A stretch of 56,401 bases of DNA from a virus. The DNA lies in IMG/VR virus record IMGVR_UViG_3300005512_000043, positions 1 through 56,401 of that record; one strand, given 5' to 3'. Positions 14,232 to 21,061 of this stretch are shown here, piece by piece. The notes under the pieces are model-generated. The model was not told the DNA's origin, did no database searches, and worked only from the letters and a program-made list of their open reading frames with translations. The first letter of the stretch is position 1. Each line of letters opens with the position of its first letter. A program made the translations under genes and the position numbers.

Positions 14232-14261
14232 CTGTTTAAGTCTAGTGTTTACAGGCACTTA
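14232..14261 (-). promoter_or_regulatory. Conserved intergenic motif, copy 1 (candidate phage promoter or regulator site)
   Basis: Minus strand reads TAAGTGCCTGTAAACACTAGACTTAAACAG. Its two halves (19-mer and 12-mer, sharing one base here) recur at 33626-33644 and 33538-33549. An 8-bp inverted partner, TAGACTTA, lies at 14204-14211. Confidence 0.45.
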
Positions 14262-14317
14262 TAAAGCCGCTAGGTTGGCTTCTAAGGCCCTCGATCCGGG
14301 GCCAGGCAATCTATCGA

Positions 14318-14593
14318 CTACGCGACTGGCGTAGCTCCTGGATCATCCTGGTGGTCGGGCTCCGACGATCCACCTGTTCCGAGATCTAGCCGCTCGGCTT
14401 CGGCCATCTCGGTAGTCGATCGGATCAGAGCAGTGAGCTCAAGACCGAGAACGCTGAGCTCTGCGAGGCGATCCTGCAACCACTCGAGTCGCGTGGTCGT
14501 GAGACGCTTCTTGTAGCCCTCACGAGCTCGCTCGAACGCAGTAATCGTGGCTTTATACTGGCTCGTAAGATGACGTAGGCGTACGTCGGTCAC
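14318..14593 (-). CDS. Hypothetical protein (91 aa)
   Basis: ORF track. ATGA-type overlap with the polymerase gene stop. Confidence 0.6.
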   Translation of the reverse strand: MTDVRLRHLTSQYKATITAFERAREGYKKRLTTTRLEWLQDRLAELSVLGLELTALIRSTTEMAEAERLDLGTGGSSEPDHQDDPGATPVA

Positions 14594-16530
14594 AGTAGGC
14601 TCCCTTCATCCCCGGATGCAGTTTTCCAGTCTTGATCCGACCAGCCCGCGGACGTCTTGATCGGCACGCGAAACTCGGCCTGTACGTCCTCGAGCGTTTC
14701 GGTGATCAGCTTGACGGTCTCCGGCGCTCGCGTTACCTCACGATCGCCCACGAAAAGTGTCTCATCGTGAACCGATGCGCAGATGCGAAGACCAAGGGCT
14801 CGTACGTCGGCGTTATACCGCGGTGCCACGGCTACGGTGCGCTCTTTCATCACGTCCGCCGCGCAGCTTTGAATCAGCCGATTAAACGCGATGTGCGCGG
14901 CCTTCTCGATCAGGTGAAGATGACGACCGTACGCGTTCTTGACGTAGCCGCGCTGGCGAATCCTAGAGGCAGCTCGACGAGAGGTCGGTCGCAGGCCGGG
15001 GAGCGCGCCGTGATACGAGTGATACACCTTCGTGGCTCGCTCGAGACACAAGGACGCGAACAGCTGAGCACGCTTACTCGGTTCGACCTCACCGTCTTCG
15101 ATCATGCGATCCATGCGCTCGACGACGTCGGTCATCAGCTCCATGACGCCGGCGAGCATGGACGTGACTCGCGTCTTTCCCGCGCCGTAGCCTATGGCGA
15201 AGTTGACGTTCTTCGCCGGCCGACGTGGAATGCCACACATCTCGGCGACCCACGTGTGGAAGTCGGTGTTCGGGTCATCGTTGTACGCCCTGATCGCCGC
15301 GATGTCCTTGATGTAGTGAACGATGAGTCTGAACTCGATCTGCGAATAGTCACACGACAAGAACGCCTCGCCGGCGTGCGGCAGCACGAGTCGCTTTGCC
15401 TCGGCCGAGAGTTGCTGCGCGTTCGGTCGCTTGCACGACAGCCGCCCCGATCTCACTGCCTGATTGTAGTCGGGGTGCATCACGCCGTCTACCTCATGCT
15501 CGAGATAGGGCTTGATGAAGAACGACAATACAGTATTCGACTTGCGGTAAGTCTGTATGAGCTTAACGACGTGCACGCGTTTGTCGTCCGAGACAACATC
15601 GGGGTGATTCGAGTATTGAACCAGCGAGTCCTTGTCGAACGACGGTTCGCCCTTGTCCGTTCGCGAGAGAACCGGTAGGCCGTAGTGGTTGCACAGCACG
15701 TCGAAGCAGTCGTCGCTGCTCGCCGGATTCGCGGGCGTACCGATGAGACCCTGTAGCTTCTCCTCGATGCGGGCAAGCTTTGCCACGGTCTTGAACTCGA
15801 CGAGCTCAAGCATCTGTCGATCTACGTGTAGCCCCTCACGCTCGATGTCATAGAGAACCGGCGTGAGCTTGATCTCAGTGCCCCAGACTGACTGACACTC
15901 CTCTGGCATACGCCGCTGAACGTACCGGTATAGCTCACGAGTCGTCAGCACATCCTGACAGCCGTAGGCGCACATTACGTCCGCGGGTATGAGCCCGTAG
16001 TCCTGAGCCTTCTTGTTCCGCGACAGCTTGACGCCGGCGAGGAACTGCTTGAGTTCTTTCTCGTAGTCAGAGATGTCATCGTCGAGCCAAGCTGCACTGA
16101 GCTTGTCGAGCCCGTAACCGCCCTTGTAGAGTCGGTCTGAGTCGAGTACCTTCGCGGCTGTGAGAGTGTCGACGAGACGCCCCTGGAACTCAAAGCCCTC
16201 GACCGCGGCAAAGTGCGCGTCGAACTTGACGTTGTGATTGACCCAGTCCTCGCACGTTGTTATCGCGTCTCGAAGCCATCTGAGACCGGCGTCGACGTCG
16301 ATGTTCCATTGTTCATCGCGGTGGCGCAGCGGCACGTAGTACGCGGTCGGGTCATCGTCTCTCGTGGCGCACACGCCGGCGATGCGATGACCCTTGTAGG
16401 GGTTGAGCGCTTTGTCCCCATCAACGAAGCTCGTGGTCTCAAAGTCCACGAATAGCTCACGCGCCTTGCTCATGTCAGGGAGCTCAGATGCTCGCTCGAT
16501 CAATATCTTGTTCGGCGACAGGTTTACCAT
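14590..16530 (-). CDS. Family A DNA polymerase with 3'-5' exonuclease domain (646 aa)
   Basis: Exo motifs are FVDFETTSF (I), NVKFDAHF (II) and YGCQDVLTTRELY (III). Pol motifs are DYSQIEFRL (A), RRPAKNVNFAIGYGAG (B) and SVHDETL (C). Confidence 0.92.
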   Translation of the reverse strand: MVNLSPNKILIERASELPDMSKARELFVDFETTSFVDGDKALNPYKGHRIAGVCATRDDDPTAYYVPLRHRDEQWNIDVDAGLRWLRDAITTCEDWVNHNVKFDAHFAAVEGFEFQGRLVDTLTAAKVLDSDRLYKGGYGLDKLSAAWLDDDISDYEKELKQFLAGVKLSRNKKAQDYGLIPADVMCAYGCQDVLTTRELYRYVQRRMPEECQSVWGTEIKLTPVLYDIEREGLHVDRQMLELVEFKTVAKLARIEEKLQGLIGTPANPASSDDCFDVLCNHYGLPVLSRTDKGEPSFDKDSLVQYSNHPDVVSDDKRVHVVKLIQTYRKSNTVLSFFIKPYLEHEVDGVMHPDYNQAVRSGRLSCKRPNAQQLSAEAKRLVLPHAGEAFLSCDYSQIEFRLIVHYIKDIAAIRAYNDDPNTDFHTWVAEMCGIPRRPAKNVNFAIGYGAGKTRVTSMLAGVMELMTDVVERMDRMIEDGEVEPSKRAQLFASLCLERATKVYHSYHGALPGLRPTSRRAASRIRQRGYVKNAYGRHLHLIEKAAHIAFNRLIQSCAADVMKERTVAVAPRYNADVRALGLRICASVHDETLFVGDREVTRAPETVKLITETLEDVQAEFRVPIKTSAGWSDQDWKTASGDEGSLL

Positions 16531-17114
16531 GGGTTAAACGCCCTGTTGCCTTGCAGCGGATCGGCGAAGATGCATTGTGTGATAGCGACCTGTCGCTCGA
16601 GGTAGCGCTCGACGATGTCCTTCGTGTGGTCCGATGGCCAGCCTGCTTTTCCAACGGGAATGACATAGTCGAAGTCGTAGTCCCACGGATTTGAGTCGAC
16701 AATACGCTTGAACTCACCGTTGACCTTCACAATGCCGTCAAGCGGATACACTTCTTGCCGTGACGTCGGCAGATCAGCGTACTGCAGGCGAATGAACTCG
16801 TCGTCATCTGCTACGCACACGATCGTGAACCCACCGACGAGGCGCAGGGCCGCGTCGAGTATGCGATACTCCTCATCAGTTAGCACGTACTGGTTCTCAA
16901 ACGTGCGACCGTACGCTTGTCTCGACATGTAGAAGCGGTCCATCACCACCATTCGAGTCATAAACGGAAAGTAGTGCGCCGCCCAGTCGAAGCACTCGGG
17001 CAGCTTCGAGAAGTGCTGATAGATATGCGGCATCTCTGCAGCGTTGAGACGCTTGACGAGCTCGTGGCAGAGCGTCGTCTTACCAAGTAGATCGGTGCCC
17101 TCTACTACGATCAT
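16524..17114 (-). CDS. P-loop deoxynucleotide kinase-like protein (196 aa)
   Basis: MIVVEGTDLLGKTTLCHEL is a Walker A of the thymidylate/dNMP kinase type, and DRFYMSRQAY resembles the dNK family DR motif. Start moved to the ATG at 17114, with ATGA overlap to the ThyA-like gene. Confidence 0.7.
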   Translation of the reverse strand: MIVVEGTDLLGKTTLCHELVKRLNAAEMPHIYQHFSKLPECFDWAAHYFPFMTRMVVMDRFYMSRQAYGRTFENQYVLTDEEYRILDAALRLVGGFTIVCVADDDEFIRLQYADLPTSRQEVYPLDGIVKVNGEFKRIVDSNPWDYDFDYVIPVGKAGWPSDHTKDIVERYLERQVAITQCIFADPLQGNRAFNPW

Positions 17115-18106
17115 CTTGAGACCTCCTGTTCTGTTACGTTCCTCAGACTCGGATGCCAAATCCCCTCTACCGCGTATAGGTCGTGCTTGGCGCCGATGAC
17201 GTGTAGCCAGTCCGCGGCCATCGTATTCCGCCCGAGTAAGCGGCACGCGTCAGTCAGCGCGTGCGGATCGCCTTCTCGAATCAACGTTTCTGCTCGGCAG
17301 ACGAGAGTACATATGCGTCGAAGCGACTGCTCACTCGGTACGTACGGGTCATCGACGACTGTGCTCGGGCGCTGAAGAGGCTCGGCGACAGCCTCGACAG
17401 CCGCCTCGACGTTGCGCTGGTACAAGTGCATCGAGCCCGACTGATGTACGTACTCACCTATCTCTACACCTACTGAGTCCGCGATGAGTCGCTGCAGGCA
17501 CGTGAACGCGTACACGTCGTACGGCACGCCGAGCCACGCGTCATTCGAGCGCATCGTGGTGATGAGGTGCAGCTTGTCGTCGAGCAAGAACTGCAGAGAT
17601 AAGGTGCATGGAATGTCTTTCTTGGAGCCATGAAGAGCCCACACGAGATCACCGGCGTTCCACATTGTAACAATGCACTGGCGCGTCTCAGGCTTGCGAC
17701 TGAGCAGCTTGGCTGCGAACTCTAGCTGTGTCGCGTCGCCCACCTCAAGCTCAAGGCCCGATCGTTTGCGCGCGTTACAATAATGAGAGTCGTAGCGCCA
17801 GCGATACCCATAGGCTCCGTGCGCAAGTCCACCCTCGGCGAATTTCTCGTACTGCGGCGCATAGTGAACGATGCGGTCGATACGGCTTTCGCCGCTGAGG
17901 TACCAGATCATCTCTGCGACAGCGTAGGCGGCCGAGAGTTTACGCCTCTCGCACTCGACGACGTTGTCCTGCGGGTTCTGAATGCGAAATTGATAGCCGA
18001 GCATCTCGATCGAGTCACCGGCCCTCGATTCACGGCGCCTGCCGTGAGTCAAGATATCACTGAGCGCGCCCTTCCAAGCGGCCGTCGCGTTCGGATAGGT
18101 ATTCAT
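17111..18106 (-). CDS. Thymidylate synthase-fold pyrimidine hydroxymethylase, dCMP-type candidate (331 aa)
   Basis: ThyA-fold motifs are SAAYAVAEMIWYLSG, the catalytic Cys context KKDIPCTLSLQF, and MRSNDAWLGVPYD, which aligns to E. coli ThyA RSCDVFLGLPFN with Asp in place of Asn177. GAGGAG SD upstream. Confidence 0.8.
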   Translation of the reverse strand: MNTYPNATAAWKGALSDILTHGRRRESRAGDSIEMLGYQFRIQNPQDNVVECERRKLSAAYAVAEMIWYLSGESRIDRIVHYAPQYEKFAEGGLAHGAYGYRWRYDSHYCNARKRSGLELEVGDATQLEFAAKLLSRKPETRQCIVTMWNAGDLVWALHGSKKDIPCTLSLQFLLDDKLHLITTMRSNDAWLGVPYDVYAFTCLQRLIADSVGVEIGEYVHQSGSMHLYQRNVEAAVEAVAEPLQRPSTVVDDPYVPSEQSLRRICTLVCRAETLIREGDPHALTDACRLLGRNTMAADWLHVIGAKHDLYAVEGIWHPSLRNVTEQEVSR

Positions 18107-19262
18107 CGGGGCTCCTCTTGCTTAGTCTTGGTGGTGCGTATTTCGTAACGTTCATGGTCTTCTCGAGCGGTTCATCTTTGAGCCACGTACCTACCCATCG
18201 TCGTTTGCGCGCGTCATACGAGGTCTCCCAATCGTCTGTGCCCCACTCATCCTTGAGGCACTTGATGACCTGTCGCGCGATCCAGTCGCCGATAATCGGT
18301 ACGACTCCTTTTCCGATCTGACCGATGGGGTGGTCGCCCTTGGGCAACATGTCAGGCGGCCAGCCCATGAGTCTCGCCACCTCGCGTACAGTGAGACAGC
18401 GATCCTCCCACGGATGAACGTATCGGATAGCGCTCGAGCTGATGACAGGGCACGCGACCTCAGGCGCCAGGCGAAACGGTGAGTGCAACGAGAAGGGCAG
18501 CTTCGACGTTCGTCGCATCCACTTGCGTGCATAACGATCTGGCATCTCGTCGAGGCACCAGTCTGCGAACTTGTTGAAGTCGAAGCTCTGTGGAAGTCGT
18601 CGAATGATCTCCATCTCCGTGGGTGACCGTCGATGCCAACAATCAGCGTCATAGTCGAGCGAGTGCAAGTTCGCCGGCCGCGTTTTATACTGCTCGAACT
18701 CAGGCGTACAAATAACGTCCGCGACAGTCGTACGTCTTTCGACGAGCGGCGGCGCGCTCAGGTTGAAGCGCTTGCCGCGCGGATAGGCGACGAAGAAGTA
18801 TCGCTTGCGATCCTGCGCGTTACCGAATGACGCCGCATTGAGAAAGACGTGAGCTACGCGGTAGCCGTTAGGTCGACAGTACTTTTCGACGAGATAGTCG
18901 AGCAGTGGTCGGCCCACGGTGTAAGCTTGCTGTACTGACTCCCAGCAGAGCACGGGAACACCGTGCTCCGTGCCGTACGCCATGAATTGATGAATGTCGA
19001 TGGTCTGATGGCTCCACGGACCGTGACCCTTTTCGCAACCACCGGATAGACACGAGAAGCCCGTACATCGGGGATTCCCGAACAGCAATGCGGTGCCTGT
19101 CGGAGGTTCGGGCCACTCATCTGCGTCACAGCAGACAAAGTGATTCACGGGCGCCGTATCGACGCCGAGACCGTGAACCTCGAGTTGCATGTCGCAGGGC
19201 ATCGCGCTCTGCACGCCTGCGGTAAAACCACCGGCGAACACGTGACATCCGAGTGCTTTCAT
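18057..19262 (-). CDS. DNA cytosine-C5 methyltransferase family protein (401 aa)
   Basis: Motifs appear in order: HVFAGGFTAG (I), FGNPRCTGFS (IV, with RC instead of PC), CWESV (VI), FGNAQDRKRYFFV (VIII), REVARLMGWPPDM (IX), GKGVVPIIG (X). Confidence 0.8.
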   Translation of the reverse strand: MKALGCHVFAGGFTAGVQSAMPCDMQLEVHGLGVDTAPVNHFVCCDADEWPEPPTGTALLFGNPRCTGFSCLSGGCEKGHGPWSHQTIDIHQFMAYGTEHGVPVLCWESVQQAYTVGRPLLDYLVEKYCRPNGYRVAHVFLNAASFGNAQDRKRYFFVAYPRGKRFNLSAPPLVERRTTVADVICTPEFEQYKTRPANLHSLDYDADCWHRRSPTEMEIIRRLPQSFDFNKFADWCLDEMPDRYARKWMRRTSKLPFSLHSPFRLAPEVACPVISSSAIRYVHPWEDRCLTVREVARLMGWPPDMLPKGDHPIGQIGKGVVPIIGDWIARQVIKCLKDEWGTDDWETSYDARKRRWVGTWLKDEPLEKTMNVTKYAPPRLSKRSPDEYLSERDGRLEGRAQ

Positions 19263-19552
19263 CGAGGAGTCCTTCGTTTCTCTAGGGGCTTAAAGCGAAT
19301 AGCAAGAGGCCCGTCGAAGGCCAGTATGGCTCTGCGATTGCGAAAGCCTTTCATCGTCAACGCGTACTCGACGCGGTTGAGATCGCGGGTCACCGTCTCT
19401 CCGACTCGGAGAACGACCTCTTCGCGCGTCAGTGAGAGCCACAGTACGACGCTTCGGTTCGCGAGGTCTTCCCTGAGTCTGAGAACTCGAACGATGCAAT
19501 AGGGGCGCTCAGTCTCAGCGCCTACTATCAGCGTTCGGTCGTTTACGCCCAT
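19259..19552 (-). CDS. Hypothetical protein (97 aa)
   Basis: Start moved to the ATG at 19552 (MGVNDRTLIVG...). Its stop overlaps the methyltransferase start (ATGA). Confidence 0.5.
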   Translation of the reverse strand: MGVNDRTLIVGAETERPYCIVRVLRLREDLANRSVVLWLSLTREEVVLRVGETVTRDLNRVEYALTMKGFRNRRAILAFDGPLAIRFKPLEKRRTPR

Positions 19553-20066
19553 CTCTCTGATCCACACGATGCTTCTCCAAGATGCGACCGAGAGTAGGCG
19601 GCTCGTAGCTATCGCCCTTATTGCGACAGCGCATGTCCTTGTCACCGCCAGCGCCCACGGCCTTTGTCATGTTGCTCCGCTGCACCTCCGCGAACGCCTC
19701 ATGGAGTGGCAGATCGAACGCGACGCCGCTGCCGTACGTAACATAGAGCAGATCGGTCAGCGCGTCGAGAACCTCGACCTCGTCCTCCTCGGCCATAGCG
19801 AGAAGGAGCTCGCTCACCTCCTCGACGATCAGATGCGCGCGCATGAGTCGAGGGTCGTGCGTCTCGCCGGGATGGTTGTCGATCGTACGATTGGTCGTGC
19901 CATTCTCCCAGAGCTGCGAGATCGCGTAAAGTGTCCTCGAGGCCATGATGAGCTCGGCCTGAACTGCCTCGAGATAGCCGATCGTTAGCCGCGGGTCGAT
20001 CATCTCGACGCCTACATCGAACCCGTGCTTGCGGTGAAACTGTTCTACCTGTTCTTGTTCGTTCAC
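19515..20066 (-). CDS. MazG-like nucleoside triphosphate pyrophosphohydrolase (183 aa)
   Basis: LIVEEVSELLLAMAEEDEVEVLDALTDLLYVTYG is the MazG EExxE...D helix pair. The GTG start at 20066 overlaps the radical SAM stop (GTGA). The upstream part of the 297-aa track ORF is a shadow. Confidence 0.75.
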   Translation of the reverse strand: MNEQEQVEQFHRKHGFDVGVEMIDPRLTIGYLEAVQAELIMASRTLYAISQLWENGTTNRTIDNHPGETHDPRLMRAHLIVEEVSELLLAMAEEDEVEVLDALTDLLYVTYGSGVAFDLPLHEAFAEVQRSNMTKAVGAGGDKDMRCRNKGDSYEPPTLGRILEKHRVDQRDGRKRPNADSRR

Positions 20067-21061
20067 GGGATGACTCCTGTAAAGGCTCGTTTGTCTCCGG
20101 CTTCGTACGCACGAAGCTTCTCCTCCCACCCTACTGCAACCTCGTTCGGCACACGAATCTTTCGATGAACGTGCATGAACGCGTGCTTGTGATTGCACGT
20201 GTCGCACTCCGGCAGCACGCGTCGCTTGCTTTGCAGGAAGTACCGATAGATCGCGTACACCTTGCTGTTCCAGATCGAATGAAGAGACTGATCGTTCGCG
20301 TCGCCGGCGTACACCGAATCGTCGTCTGTCGCGTCGACGACACAGCAGATCGGCACAAGGCCATCGTATCGCACGACAAGATGACGCATCGGTCGCGCGC
20401 AGAACCATCGATGCGCGAGGCGGGTTTTTCGATCCTCGGTTGAGCGATTATTTACGCTCGCTGTTACTGAGCACGTGTCGCGCTCGAGTCGCATATCGGT
20501 AATCGTGATGAGTCGCTTCTTCGGACTATGCTTTCGGTACTTGCCCGCGTAACTCGTCTCCTCAGCTACACCCGCGGCTACAACCGCGTCCATGAACTTC
20601 TCGGTCGTGAGCAGCCTGTCTTCTCCGCGGTCATACACGTTGAGATTCACTACGTTCAAACCGCGAGTGTAGAGTGCGTTGAGTCGCGCGATCGCCTTGT
20701 CTTCGTCGAGGGCCAACAACACGTCGGCGTTCGTCGAGGTATAAAGCGTCACTCGAGGCAAGAACGCTCGAGCTGTCTCGATGAACCACGCGTACTCCGG
20801 GTTGATAAGCGGCTCGTCGAGGAGGAACATCTCGATAACGCCTGCGAAACCTAGTGTCTTCAACTCATCGCAGATCGTCGTGAACAGAGGCTTTCGCATG
20901 ACGACGTCGCCCTCGCGGCGTCCGTGATACTGCGGGCAGAAGCGACATCGTCGATTGCACCGTGAGTGCGTCTCGATGTTCATCCGCGTCCACAGCGGAT
21001 AGCTCTCCGTCCAGTCGAGCGGAGGCGCGCTCGGCAACTGCATGAATCCGTATTTCGCCAC
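20063..21061 (-). CDS. Radical SAM protein with a SPASM/twitch-like C-terminal Cys cluster (332 aa)
   Basis: Contains the CNRRCRFC (CxxxCxxC) cluster. The C-terminus has CARPMRHLVVRYDGLVPICC...LPECDTCNHK. The GTG start shares one base with the primase stop; an ATG at 21043 is the alternative. Confidence 0.8.
   Translation of the reverse strand: MAKYGFMQLPSAPPLDWTESYPLWTRMNIETHSRCNRRCRFCPQYHGRREGDVVMRKPLFTTICDELKTLGFAGVIEMFLLDEPLINPEYAWFIETARAFLPRVTLYTSTNADVLLALDEDKAIARLNALYTRGLNVVNLNVYDRGEDRLLTTEKFMDAVVAAGVAEETSYAGKYRKHSPKKRLITITDMRLERDTCSVTASVNNRSTEDRKTRLAHRWFCARPMRHLVVRYDGLVPICCVVDATDDDSVYAGDANDQSLHSIWNSKVYAIYRYFLQSKRRVLPECDTCNHKHAFMHVHRKIRVPNEVAVGWEEKLRAYEAGDKRAFTGVIP

Noticed and set aside
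20067-20408. The N-terminal extension of the MazG ORF (track 19515-20408), and similar long extensions at 7951-8193, 8292-8594, 9898-10218, 17115-17246 and 27810-27935
   Set aside because: The extensions overlap the upstream genes out of frame and are Arg/Ser-rich. In each case an internal ATG or GTG sits exactly at the upstream stop codon or behind a good RBS.
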